Positions 39,616-49,049 of a stretch of DNA of 64,000 nt are shown one piece after another. The first letter of the stretch is position 1; each line of letters starts with the position of its first letter. The notes below the pieces were generated by a model. That model saw nothing but the letters and a program-made list of their open reading frames with translations, did not search any database and was not told the origin of the DNA. Source of the stretch: Clostridia bacterium. GTDB taxonomy: Bacteria; Bacillota; Clostridia; TANB77; CAG-508. The translations under genes and the position numbers were made by a program. The stretch lies in assembly GCA_045650705.1 (NCBI GenBank), contig JAZRRK010000037.1, positions 12,151-76,150 of the forward strand, written 5' to 3'.

Positions 39616-41460
39616 TTATTGTAAATTTTTTACAATTTTTTCTGCACTTAATCCATACTTATCCTCTAAGTTTTCTACTTTTCCATGCTCTACAAATATG
39701 TCATCATAGCCATATGATTTTATCTTTATGTTTTGTAGGTTATTTTTATTTATTAGTGCTAGTATCTCTGAGCCTAGACCTCCTTTTAATAAGTTATCTT
39801 CTATTGTTATAACATTTTTTGTTTTTTCTATTGATTTTAGTATTGTTTCTTCATCTAGTGGTTTTAGAAATCTTGCGTTTATGATTTCTACACTTTTTTC
39901 AGGTAATAAATCCGCTATTTCTTTGGCTCTTTCTACCATCTTGCCTATTGCAATTATACTTAAATCTGTTCCTTCTTTTATTATTTCTACTTTTCCTAAC
40001 TCTATTTTTTCTGTTTTTTCAAATTCTAAATTTTCTCCTCCTCTTGGATATCTTATAAATACAGGTCTATCTATACTTACTGCAAATTCTAACATTTTTT
40101 CTAGCTCTTCAAAATTCTTTGGTGCCATAATTACTATATTTGGTATTGATGGTAGGAATGATAAATCAAATATTCCTTGGTGTGTCTCTCCATCGTTCCC
40201 TACAACTCCTGCTCTATCTATACATACAGTTACTGGAATGCTTGATAATGCTATATCGTGCACTATTTGATCATATCCTCTTTGAAGAAATGATGAGTAT
40301 ATTGGTAATACTGGCTTCAAACCTGCTTTTGCCATTCCTGCAATTAATCCCAGTGCATGCTGTTCTGCTATTCCTACATCAAAAAATCTATTCGGAAATT
40401 CTTCTGCAAATTTTTTTAGTCCTGTTCCATCTTTCATTGCTGCTGTTACAGCTACTATCTTTTCGTCTTTTTTTGCAAGCTCTACCAATTTATTTCCAAA
40501 TACTTCTGAATAGTCTTTACTTTTTTTCTTTAATAGCTCTCCTGTATCTTTGTTGTATGCAGATATTCCGTGAAATTTATCTGGATTTTTTTCTGCAATT
40601 TCATATCCTTTTCCTTTTTTAGTTACTATATGTATTAAAACTGGACCTTGTATTTTCTTGCTTCTTTGCATTATGTCTTCAAGTTCTTTTATATTATGAC
40701 CATCTACTGGCCCTAGATAAGTAAATCCTATATCTTCAAAATACATATTTGGTATTATAGCTCTCTTTATTACCTGTTTTGTATAATGAGCGAAATTAAC
40801 TAATGGCTTGCCTATTATTGGTATATTATTAGTTATTTCTTTTATTTTCCTATTTGACCTTGTATATCCTGTTTTTGTTCTTATTTTACTTAAATATTGT
40901 GGAATTCCCCCCACGTTTTTAGATATACTCATTTCGTTATCATTTAATATTACTGTTACATTTGTCTGGCTAGAACCTGCATCATTTAGTGCCTCTAATG
41001 CCATACCTCCTGTTAAAGAGCCATCTCCAATTACAGCTATTACTTTATAATCTTCTTTTAATATGTCTCGTGCTCTTGCCATTCCTGTTGCTATTGAAAT
41101 TGATGTACTACTATGACCTGTATTAAAACTATCATATTCTGATTCACATATTTTTGGAAATCCAGATATTCCTTCAAACTGCCTTATTGTATGTATTTTA
41201 TCCTTTCTACCTGTTAACATTTTATGTACATAGCATTGATGCCCTACATCCCATATTATTTGGTCCTCTGGTGTATTAAATACTGAGTGAAGAGCTACCG
41301 TTAATTCTACTACTCCTAGATTAGATGCTACGTGTCCTCCATTTTTAGAAGTTACATCTATAACTACTTTTCTAAGTTCTTCACATAACTCTTTTTTTTC
41401 TTCTATATTTAATTTCTTTAAATCTTCTGGTAAGTTTATTTTATCTAAAATTTTGTTCAT
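39616..41460 (-). CDS. dxs: 1-deoxy-D-xylulose-5-phosphate synthase.
   Basis: 614 aa. GGHVASNLGVVELT, ThDP motif VIGDGSLTGGMALEALN, transketolase-like C-terminal domains. Confidence 0.95.
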   Translation of the reverse strand: MNKILDKINLPEDLKKLNIEEKKELCEELRKVVIDVTSKNGGHVASNLGVVELTVALHSVFNTPEDQIIWDVGHQCYVHKMLTGRKDKIHTIRQFEGISGFPKICESEYDSFNTGHSSTSISIATGMARARDILKEDYKVIAVIGDGSLTGGMALEALNDAGSSQTNVTVILNDNEMSISKNVGGIPQYLSKIRTKTGYTRSNRKIKEITNNIPIIGKPLVNFAHYTKQVIKRAIIPNMYFEDIGFTYLGPVDGHNIKELEDIMQRSKKIQGPVLIHIVTKKGKGYEIAEKNPDKFHGISAYNKDTGELLKKKSKDYSEVFGNKLVELAKKDEKIVAVTAAMKDGTGLKKFAEEFPNRFFDVGIAEQHALGLIAGMAKAGLKPVLPIYSSFLQRGYDQIVHDIALSSIPVTVCIDRAGVVGNDGETHQGIFDLSFLPSIPNIVIMAPKNFEELEKMLEFAVSIDRPVFIRYPRGGENLEFEKTEKIELGKVEIIKEGTDLSIIAIGKMVERAKEIADLLPEKSVEIINARFLKPLDEETILKSIEKTKNVITIEDNLLKGGLGSEILALINKNNLQNIKIKSYGYDDIFVEHGKVENLEDKYGLSAEKIVKNLQ

Positions 41461-41484
41461 AAATCCTCCGTTATATATCTCTCT

Positions 41485-41653
41485 AGTTTAAAGCTTAAAT
41501 ATATAGATTTTAACTTGCGGTCTCCAGCCGCGGTTTATTAACTACTATCTTCTAAATTACTACTACGATAATTAGTATTATAATAATAATTGCACGCCTC
41601 CGGCTACTCAATGGTCGACCTCGTTTGCAATCTATATATTTAAGCTTTAAACT
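41485..41653 (+). repeat. Palindrome-armed GC-core element, copy 2.
   Basis: 25/25 complementary arms agtttaaagcttaaatatatagatt / aatctatatatttaagctttaaact with the same core blocks. Confidence 0.9.
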
Positions 41654-41759
41654 GAATGCTACTAACATTTTATATTCATTTGTGCTAATTGTCAATATTG
41701 ACTTTTCACATTTTTTTTGATATTATACATTAATATTATATTGGAAAGAAGGCTATTAT

Positions 41760-42485
41760 ATGGATATTTGCTCTGAAATTTTTACTGTTACTTTGCCTGA
41801 TGTTGGAGAAAAAAACGGGCTGACTAATAAAGGTATTTTAAGAATGCTACAAGAGATTGCCTGTCATCATTCTGCTTTATCAGGATTCAGCGTTAATGAA
41901 TCAACTATTACCGGTTTTGCTTGGATTCTTTTAAATTGGAAATTACAAGTTTTTTCAAGACCTGTTTGGAATACCAAATTAAAAATAAATACATGGTCTA
42001 GTAAACATACCCTTATTGCTTTTTATAGAGATTTTGAAATATTAGATGAAAATAATAATTTAATTGCAATTGCAACTTCTAAATGGGTATTATTTGATTT
42101 TAATAAAAATGGCATTGCTAAAATCACTAAAGAAATGGAAGACAGATATACTCATGTAGATAAACATGTTTTTGATGGTCCTATGGATGAAAAATTAAGA
42201 GAATCAGAAAATAGTAAATTCATTTCTGAATATACTGTTTGTAGAAGAGATATAGATACTAACCATCATGTAAATAACTTGAATTATTTAGATTTTGCAT
42301 ATGAAGCTATTCCAGAAGATATTTTTTTTAATAATGATTTTAAAAATGTTGAAATTATGTATAAGCATCAGGCAAAATTAGGTGAAACTTTAAATCTATT
42401 CTATGCTAAACAAGAGGATTCAAATATTGTTACTGTAAAAAATAAAGAAGATAATAAATTACATTGTATTGTAAAATTATATTAA
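41760..42485 (+). CDS. Acyl-ACP thioesterase.
   Basis: 241 aa with double hot-dog family pattern (..WILLNWKLQV.., ..RRDIDTNHHVNNLNYLDFA..). Confidence 0.8.
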   Translation: MDICSEIFTVTLPDVGEKNGLTNKGILRMLQEIACHHSALSGFSVNESTITGFAWILLNWKLQVFSRPVWNTKLKINTWSSKHTLIAFYRDFEILDENNNLIAIATSKWVLFDFNKNGIAKITKEMEDRYTHVDKHVFDGPMDEKLRESENSKFISEYTVCRRDIDTNHHVNNLNYLDFAYEAIPEDIFFNNDFKNVEIMYKHQAKLGETLNLFYAKQEDSNIVTVKNKEDNKLHCIVKLY

Positions 42486-42517
42486 AACAAAGGCAGCCAT
42501 TCGGCTGCCTTTGTTTT
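42486..42517. terminator. Bidirectional terminator.
   Basis: aaacaaaggcagcc-attc-ggctgcctttgttt. Confidence 0.8.
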
Positions 42518-42851
42518 AGAGGATTATTCTGTCTTTGAACCTCCGATATACGATTCCATACTCATCAAGAGTCTTTTTGTCCTGTACTTTCAATCTTTTG
42601 TACAGTTTTTTCTGCCCCCTCTTTTTAGCATAGTGTATATCTCTTATTATCGAACTTTTTACTTTTCTCACATGTTCAATAGTTTTAGTGGTTATTTCAT
42701 AAAGCCACGGTTTAGTCTCGTATCCCAGAACCTCTTCAATGAACTCTCTTTGTTCATCGCTCAGTTTTTTGGTTACTTCCTTTTTCCCTGCTTCCTTTTG
42801 CGTTCTCAGCTGATATTTCAGTCCTGATAACCGGTTCTGATTGTTTTTCAT
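42516..42851 (-). CDS. Basic 111-aa protein, unknown function.
   Basis: Lys/Arg-rich ORF, visibly less AT-rich than its neighbours, bracketed by two bidirectional terminators. Confidence 0.5.
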   Translation of the reverse strand: MKNNQNRLSGLKYQLRTQKEAGKKEVTKKLSDEQREFIEEVLGYETKPWLYEITTKTIEHVRKVKSSIIRDIHYAKKRGQKKLYKRLKVQDKKTLDEYGIVYRRFKDRIIL

Positions 42852-42958
42852 TTCTAATCTCCTCTTATAAATATAGATTTTCTACATAATTAGTAGAATA
42901 TGTATATTATACCATATTTTTGATTTTATGTAAACATTTCGATGTTATTTCACTTATT

Positions 42959-42994
42959 TAAAAAAATTCCCCAGTTGAATTTATCTGGGGAATT
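42959..42994 (-). terminator. spo0A terminator.
   Basis: Stem aattccccag/ctggggaatt with a U-run on the minus strand. Confidence 0.75.
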
Positions 42995-42997
42995 CTT

Positions 42998-43825
42998 TTA
43001 TGCTGTTTTTAATTCTAGTCTTAATTTGTCAGCTATCATTGCTATAAATTCGCTGTTTGTTGGTTTTCCTTTTGCTGCTGAGATTGTGTATCCGAATATG
43101 CTTTCTACTGCATCGTTTTTGCCTCTTGCCCAAGCAACTTCTATTGCATGACGTATTGCACGTTCTACTCTTGATGGAGTTGTGTGATATTTTGTTGCTA
43201 TATCTGGATATAATTGTTTTGTTATTTGATTAATTATATCTATGTCTTGCACTACCATCATTATTGCTTCTCTTAAATATTGGTAACCTTTTATATGTGC
43301 AGGTACTCCTATTTCATGTATTACATTTGTTACCAATGCTTCCAAGCTTTCTTGATTCTTTTTATCTATTTCATTTATTTCTATGTATTTGGTTCGATTA
43401 TCTCTAGCAGTATAGCAATTATCTATTTTTGATGTTGGTGTTGGCTTATAATTTTTTATATCTCTTATTCTATTTATTAGTACTTCAATATCAAATGGTT
43501 TTACTACATAATATTCTGCTCCTAAGCTTATAGCTTTTTGTGTTATTTTTGTTTGTCCTACTGCTGATAACATTATACAAGTTGGCATTTTCTCAACATT
43601 ACTTGATTGAAGCTTCTCTAAAACTCCCAGTCCATCTAAATATGGCATTATTACGTCTAATAATAACACATCTGGTTTGCTTGCTAACACTCTCTCACAA
43701 GCTTCTTTTCCATCTCGCGCTATTCCTATAACTTCCATATCATTTTCTTTACTTAAATGGTTAACTAATGTTGTAGCAAAATCAGCATTATCGTCTGCAA
43801 TTAAAATAGTAATTTTGTCGTTCAA
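42998..43825 (-). CDS. spo0A: Sporulation master regulator Spo0A.
   Basis: Receiver domain ([21 protein letters not shown]) plus the Spo0A-specific C-terminal domain ([34 protein letters not shown]). Confidence 0.95.
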   Translation of the reverse strand: MNDKITILIADDNADFATTLVNHLSKENDMEVIGIARDGKEACERVLASKPDVLLLDVIMPYLDGLGVLEKLQSSNVEKMPTCIMLSAVGQTKITQKAISLGAEYYVVKPFDIEVLINRIRDIKNYKPTPTSKIDNCYTARDNRTKYIEINEIDKKNQESLEALVTNVIHEIGVPAHIKGYQYLREAIMMVVQDIDIINQITKQLYPDIATKYHTTPSRVERAIRHAIEVAWARGKNDAVESIFGYTISAAKGKPTNSEFIAMIADKLRLELKTA

Positions 43826-43938
43826 TTTGATACCTCCTAAAAAATAATTGTAAAATATTTACAATTTGCATTATAATACGTTTTTACCAATAATGCAAGC
43901 CTTTTTTAGAAATTTTTTCCATTTTTGCTATTTTTGGT

Positions 43939-44568
43939 TTATATTTCAACGAATTTTTCTTTTATAATCTCATATTTTTCAATCTTAAAATTGTTATTAT
44001 TATAATTATTCTCAATTTTTTGTGATAATTCCTCTAATATTTCTATAATTATATTTATTTTCTCTAAATATTCTATCTCTACTATCTTTATATTCATTTT
44101 GTCTAAGTAATATTTAAGTGGTTCTAAATAATTATATTCTACCTGTATTCTTGCCTCATATCCTTTTGCTTTAGTTATTATCTCTGTCCTTTGCAATGCT
44201 TCTTCTGTTGCTCCACTATATGCTCTAACTAATCCTCCTGTTCCTAACAATATACCTCCAAAGTATCTTGTTACTACAACTAATATATTTGATAATCCTT
44301 TTTCAAGTACTATTTTTAGCATAGGTGCTCCAGCAGTCCCTTGTGGCTCTCCATCATCATTGTATTTTACAGCGATTCCTCCATCACCAGTTTCTATTGC
44401 ATATGCAAAACAGTTATGTCTGGCATCATTATACTGTTTCTTTATTTTCTTTATATAATCTTCTGCTTCTTCTGCAGTTTCTACATAAAAAATATGTGCG
44501 ATGAATTTCGATTTTTTTTCGACTATTTCTGCTGATACGTTTTGTTTTATTGCCTTAAATGTTTGCAT
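43939..44568 (-). CDS. yigZ: YigZ/IMPACT-family protein.
   Basis: I place the start at ATG 44568 (MQTFKAIK) behind AGGAGGTG. KSKFIAH..DARHNCFAY..DDGEPQGTAGAPML motifs. Confidence 0.85.
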   Translation of the reverse strand: MQTFKAIKQNVSAEIVEKKSKFIAHIFYVETAEEAEDYIKKIKKQYNDARHNCFAYAIETGDGGIAVKYNDDGEPQGTAGAPMLKIVLEKGLSNILVVVTRYFGGILLGTGGLVRAYSGATEEALQRTEIITKAKGYEARIQVEYNYLEPLKYYLDKMNIKIVEIEYLEKINIIIEILEELSQKIENNYNNNNFKIEKYEIIKEKFVEI

Positions 44569-45823
44569 AAGCACCTCCTGCCACATAACCAGTTGACCAT
44601 GCAATCTGTAAATTGAATCCTCCTGTAAATGCATCTAAATCTATAATTTCTCCTGCAAAATGTAATCCTTTTACTATTTTTGACTCCATAGTTTTAGGAT
44701 TTATTTCTTTTATGTTTATCCCTCCAGATGTTATTATTGCTTCTTCTATACTTCTAAATCCATTTAAAGTAAGCTCAAAATTTTTAAGAATTTTTACTAT
44801 TTTTTTTCTTTCTTCTTTTGTTATTTCATTTATTTTCTTCTCTGGATTTATTCCTGTAATTTCTATTAGTGGTTCTATCATTTTTCTTGGCAATAATTTT
44901 TCCAAACTATTTTTAAATTGTTTATTCTTTAGCTCTTCAAAATCTCTTAATATTCTGTTATCTAATTTTTCTTCATCTAATGCAGGTTTTAGGTCTATAT
45001 ATATTTTTATTTTGTTTTCTTTTAACAGATTTTCTATGCTTTTATATCTAATTAATATTGCAGAACTACTTAAGATGATAGGACCTGACAATCCGTAGTG
45101 AGTAAATAACATCTCTCCAAAATCTTCATATATAATTTTGTTCTCATTTTTGATTTTTATGGCTACATTTTTTAATGATAATCCTTGCATTTGTCTGCAT
45201 AATTCTAGTGAAGTTTCATTACAAGTTAATGGAACTAATGATGGTTTTATATTTGTTATTGTATGTCCTAACATTTGTGCTATTTTATATCCATCTCCTG
45301 TTGAACCTGTAACAGGGTAACTTTTTCCTCCTGTTGCTAAAATTACTTTATCTGCTAATATCTTTTCTATTTTACTATTATATTCTCCTTCTATTCCTGT
45401 TGTAACTCCAGCTTCCGTAAGGATTTTTGTTACTTTAAAATTTGTTTTAACTTGAACATTAAGTTGCTTTAATTTTCGTGTAAATGCATTTAATACATCT
45501 TGTGCTTTATCTGAGACAGGAAAAATTCTTCCTCCTCTTTCAACCTTTGTTGTAACTCCTTGTTCTTTTAAAAAATTTATTATATCTTGATTATTATATT
45601 CATTAAATGCGCTATATAAAAATTTAGAATTTTGTGGAATATTTTGCATGAATTCTTCCATATCAGCTGAATTAGTAATATTACATCTTCCTTTACCTGT
45701 TATTAGCAGTTTTTTCCCTAATGATTCCATTTTTTCTAATATGGTTACATTATTTCCTTGTTCAGCTGAAGTAATTGCAGACATTAATCCTGCTGGTCCA
45801 CCACCGATTACTAGAACTTTCAT
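44555..45823 (-). CDS. HI0933/BaiN-like NAD(FAD)-utilizing flavoprotein.
   Basis: I place the start at ATG 45823 (MKVLVIGGGPAGLM) behind GGAGGAG. The C-terminal GLHFAGEIIDLDAFTGGFNLQ motif is typical of the family. Confidence 0.85.
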   Translation of the reverse strand: MKVLVIGGGPAGLMSAITSAEQGNNVTILEKMESLGKKLLITGKGRCNITNSADMEEFMQNIPQNSKFLYSAFNEYNNQDIINFLKEQGVTTKVERGGRIFPVSDKAQDVLNAFTRKLKQLNVQVKTNFKVTKILTEAGVTTGIEGEYNSKIEKILADKVILATGGKSYPVTGSTGDGYKIAQMLGHTITNIKPSLVPLTCNETSLELCRQMQGLSLKNVAIKIKNENKIIYEDFGEMLFTHYGLSGPIILSSSAILIRYKSIENLLKENKIKIYIDLKPALDEEKLDNRILRDFEELKNKQFKNSLEKLLPRKMIEPLIEITGINPEKKINEITKEERKKIVKILKNFELTLNGFRSIEEAIITSGGINIKEINPKTMESKIVKGLHFAGEIIDLDAFTGGFNLQIAWSTGYVAGGAYANI

Positions 45824-45842
45824 ATTTTCTCCTCCAATTTTA

Positions 45843-45890
45843 AGAACCCCCAATCAGCTTCGCTGACAGCCCCCTTATTAAAGGGGCTTT
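45843..45890 (-). repeat. GC-rich double-hairpin repeat unit, inverted copy of 55082-55126.
   Basis: The reverse complement aaagcccctttaataagggggctgtcagcgaagctgattgggggttct shares its first 26 nt exactly with the 55082 copy. The second stem shows compensatory changes. Confidence 0.8.
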
Positions 45891-45905
45891 TTGGCTTGTC
45901 CTCAT

Positions 45906-45931
45906 TCGGACGACCAATGGTCGCCCCTACA
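45906..45931 (-). repeat. GGGCG-stem hairpin repeat, copy 1 of 3.
   Basis: tcggacgaccaatggtcgcccctaca. Same family as 63158-63183 and 63287-63312. Confidence 0.75.
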
Positions 45932-45955
45932 TTTTTTTATTTGATTTACAAACTA

Positions 45956-46070
45956 GCCCAACGCAGGGGCTTATATATTTAGAAAAAATCGAGGACCCCC
46001 GAAAAACCTCGAAGGCGTAACCATCGTGAGCTCGATTTTAAATAAATATATAACCCCGACAAGATTGGGC
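45956..46070. repeat. Long imperfect hairpin with AT-rich arms and a GC-rich core.
   Basis: The arm segments gcccaa / ggggcttatatattta / aaaatcgag pair with ctcgatttt / taaatatataacccc / ttgggc. Core: gacccccgaaaaacctcgaaggcgtaaccatcgtgag. Confidence 0.65.
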
Positions 46071-46087
46071 GGATTTTATACTATTCA

Positions 46088-47338
46088 TTATTCACTAACA
46101 ATCTGTGAAATTGCTTTAAGAACTCCCATCTTACCATACTCATAAGTCAATCCTCCTTGAAGAAAAGCCGTATATGGTGGTCTTATTGGTGCATCACATG
46201 ATAATTCTATTGATGAGCCTTGTACGAATGCTCCTGCGGCCATTATTACTTTATCCGTATATCCTGGCATGTCCCATGGCTCTGGTATTGAATTTGAATC
46301 TACTGGTGAGCCCATTTGTATTCCTTGGCAGAATTTTATTAGTTTTTCAGCATCTTCAAAATTTATAAGCTGAACTATATCTGTTCTTTTTTCATTATAT
46401 TTTGGTGATACTTCATAACCTAATTTTTCTAACATTCTGCTTGCAAATATGGCAGTTTTTAAAGAATTTGCCACTACTTGTGGTGCTAGAAATAAACCTT
46501 GTAGTATCTGCTTATTTGCCCCTAATGTCGGTCCTACTTCTTTCCCTTGTCCTGGAACAGTTAGTCTCTCTGCTGCTAATTCAACTAGGTCTTTTTTTCC
46601 TGCTATATATGCACCATTTGGAGCTATTCCTCCTCCTAAATTCTTTATTAATGATCCTACTATTAAGTCTGCTCCCAGTGATGTTGGTTCTATTGTATCT
46701 GTAAATTCTCCATAACAGTTATCTATCATAATAACTGCTTCTTTATTTACTTTTCTTATTTCTTCTATCACTTTTTTTATACTTTCTAATGATAAACTCT
46801 TTCTTAAACTATATCCTCTTGAACGTTGCATGCATATTAGTTTTACATTTCCTTGCTTTACTCTTTCTACTATTTTAGGTGTATCAAATTCATCACCTAT
46901 TAAATCTATTTGTTCATATTTCACCCCATAGCTTTTTAATGAGCTTTTATTTTCTACTATTCCTATCACTTCATCTAAAGTATCATATGGCTTTCCATTT
47001 ATGCTAAGCATTGTATCTCCTGGTCTTAGCATTGAGAATAAAGCAACTGTTAATGCATGTGTTCCAGATATAAATTGATTTCTAACTACCGCATCTTCTG
47101 CTCCTAGTACCTCTGCAAATATTTGCTCTATGGTATCTCTTCCTATATCTCCATAACCATATCCTGTTGTGCTTCCAAAATGCATATCTGATAATTTATA
47201 CTTTTGTAATGCTATTAATACTTTTAAACTATTTTCTTCTTTTATTTTATCTACTTTTTCAAATTCTGTTTTTATTTCCTTTTCTACTTGTTCAGATAAC
47301 TCTATTATTTCATTGCTTATTCCGAATTTTTTGTACAT
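46088..47338 (-). CDS. YnbB-type (aluminium-resistance family) PLP-dependent Cys/Met-metabolism enzyme.
   Basis: 416 aa. ..HFGSTTGYGYGDIGRD..FISGTHALT.. is the family pattern. Confidence 0.8.
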   Translation of the reverse strand: MYKKFGISNEIIELSEQVEKEIKTEFEKVDKIKEENSLKVLIALQKYKLSDMHFGSTTGYGYGDIGRDTIEQIFAEVLGAEDAVVRNQFISGTHALTVALFSMLRPGDTMLSINGKPYDTLDEVIGIVENKSSLKSYGVKYEQIDLIGDEFDTPKIVERVKQGNVKLICMQRSRGYSLRKSLSLESIKKVIEEIRKVNKEAVIMIDNCYGEFTDTIEPTSLGADLIVGSLIKNLGGGIAPNGAYIAGKKDLVELAAERLTVPGQGKEVGPTLGANKQILQGLFLAPQVVANSLKTAIFASRMLEKLGYEVSPKYNEKRTDIVQLINFEDAEKLIKFCQGIQMGSPVDSNSIPEPWDMPGYTDKVIMAAGAFVQGSSIELSCDAPIRPPYTAFLQGGLTYEYGKMGVLKAISQIVSE

Positions 47339-47358
47339 AGCTTTCTCTCCTTATATAA

Positions 47359-47462
47359 GAAAAGACAAGGGGACGTTCCTTTTGTCTATAGGATTACAGA
47401 GTTTTTGACATTAAATAAAGCCTCAAACCCTATAGACAAAAGGAACGTCCCCTTGTCTTTTC
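47359..47462. repeat. 34-bp perfect inverted repeat with a 36-nt spacer.
   Basis: gaaaagacaaggggacgttccttttgtctatagg (47359-47392) and its exact reverse complement (47429-47462). Confidence 0.9.
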
Positions 47463-47509
47463 CCTTGCTTTTATTTTAAACTAGGGCAGGTTTAAACCTG
47501 CCCCTAATT

Positions 47510-48835
47510 TTATTCATCATCTTCTTCATCATCTTTGTTTTCTAGTTCTTCTACTTGATTTTTGCATGCTTTTACCCAAAGAATTCTTTTTTCTTCATAT
47601 TCTTCTATTTTATAAGTTACTAATTTTGTTTCAATTTCTGGTTTTTCATCATCTTCAGGTATTCTACCTAATAGTTCTATTAGATAGCCAGATAATGTAT
47701 CATAATCGCCTTCTGGAATATCTACTTCTAATATTTTTCTTAAGTCATATATACTTACACTTCCATCTATCATAAAAGTATTATCATCAATTTTTTCATA
47801 CTCTTTTTCTACATCATCATATTCATCGAAGATATTACCAACAATTTCTTCTATCATGTCTTCCATTGTTATTATTCCTGCTGTTCCACCATATTCGTCT
47901 ACTACAATAGCTAGTTGTTGTTTATTCTTTTGCATTTCTTTAAATAACTCGTTTATTGGCTTTCCTTCTGATACAAAATATGCATCTCTCATTATTTTCT
48001 TTATTTTTACTTCTTTTTTAGAGTATACTTGTGCTAATAAGTCTTTTATAAATAATACTCCAACTATATTATCAATGTTTTCTTCATATACTGGAATTCT
48101 GCTATATTTATATTCTTTTAAATCTGATAAAATATCTTCTATTTTAGATGTTACATCTATTGCATATACTTCTGTTCTATGTATCATTGCTTCTGATACA
48201 GTTTTATCATTAAATTCGAATACGTTATTTATTAATTCTCTTTCTTCTTCTTCAATTGAGCCTTTTTCTTCTCCAACATCAACCATCATTCTTATTTCTT
48301 CTTCTGTAACTGTTTCTTCATCTTGTGGTCCTATTCCTAATAATTTACATATTGCATTTGTTGAAAAATTCAAGAAATTAACAATTGGAGATGTTGCGAT
48401 GTGTATAATTCTAATTACTCCTACTGCTCCAAAAGCTATTTTTTCTGGGTTTTTCATTCCTATTCTTTTAGGTACCAATTCCCCAAATACAATTGTGAAG
48501 TATGAAAGAATCATTGTTATTATAACTATTGATATAGTTTCCCATGTCTCTATTCCTAACGTAATTATGCTATTTAGATTTGGTGCTAATTCGCTTGCAA
48601 ATGCATCTGCTGCAAATGCACTTGATAAAAATCCTGCAAGTGTAATTCCTACTTGTATTGTTGATAAAAATTTGCTTGGTTCTTTAAGCATTTTTTTAAT
48701 TTTCTTTGCCTTTTTATTTCCATCTTTTGCTTGTCTGTCTATTTTTGCATCATTTAAAGATATAAATGCTATTTCTGATGCGGCGAAAAAAGCATTTATT
48801 AAAATAAGTACTACTAGTACTAACAGTGAAATCAT
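47510..48835 (-). CDS. CNNM/TlyC-family transporter-associated protein (DUF21-CBS-CorC).
   Basis: 441 aa. N-terminal 4-TM DUF21, a CBS pair and a CorC_HlyC C-terminal domain pattern. Confidence 0.85.
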   Translation of the reverse strand: MISLLVLVVLILINAFFAASEIAFISLNDAKIDRQAKDGNKKAKKIKKMLKEPSKFLSTIQVGITLAGFLSSAFAADAFASELAPNLNSIITLGIETWETISIVIITMILSYFTIVFGELVPKRIGMKNPEKIAFGAVGVIRIIHIATSPIVNFLNFSTNAICKLLGIGPQDEETVTEEEIRMMVDVGEEKGSIEEEERELINNVFEFNDKTVSEAMIHRTEVYAIDVTSKIEDILSDLKEYKYSRIPVYEENIDNIVGVLFIKDLLAQVYSKKEVKIKKIMRDAYFVSEGKPINELFKEMQKNKQQLAIVVDEYGGTAGIITMEDMIEEIVGNIFDEYDDVEKEYEKIDDNTFMIDGSVSIYDLRKILEVDIPEGDYDTLSGYLIELLGRIPEDDEKPEIETKLVTYKIEEYEEKRILWVKACKNQVEELENKDDEEDDE

Positions 48836-49049
48836 TCTCTTGTTTCACTTACTCCTTTCTCTTGTTACTAAGATTATTCCTAATTTTATACAATTATTTA
48901 ATATTATATAATGAATTACAGAAATTGTCAACGGGTTAAAAAATCAGTTGCTTCAAAAATAAATTTTTTATATAAAATGGGTAGCTCGACTCAGCTACCC
49001 ATTTACCATAATTATATTTTTCTGTTAACATATATTTGCCGAATATTTT

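Noticed and set aside
47856-48911. 351-aa plus-strand ORF, the longest plus-strand ORF in the track. Similar long plus-strand ORFs occur at 3229-3879, 26880-27773, 27209-27730, 6493-7062, 13873-14337 and 63264-63743.
   Set aside because: All lie antisense to well-supported minus-strand genes with clear family motifs. Their products are monotonous S/L/F/I-rich strings, or P/A-rich opposite the Gly/Ser linker. They have no RBS or independent motif, so they are shadow ORFs of AT-rich coding DNA.
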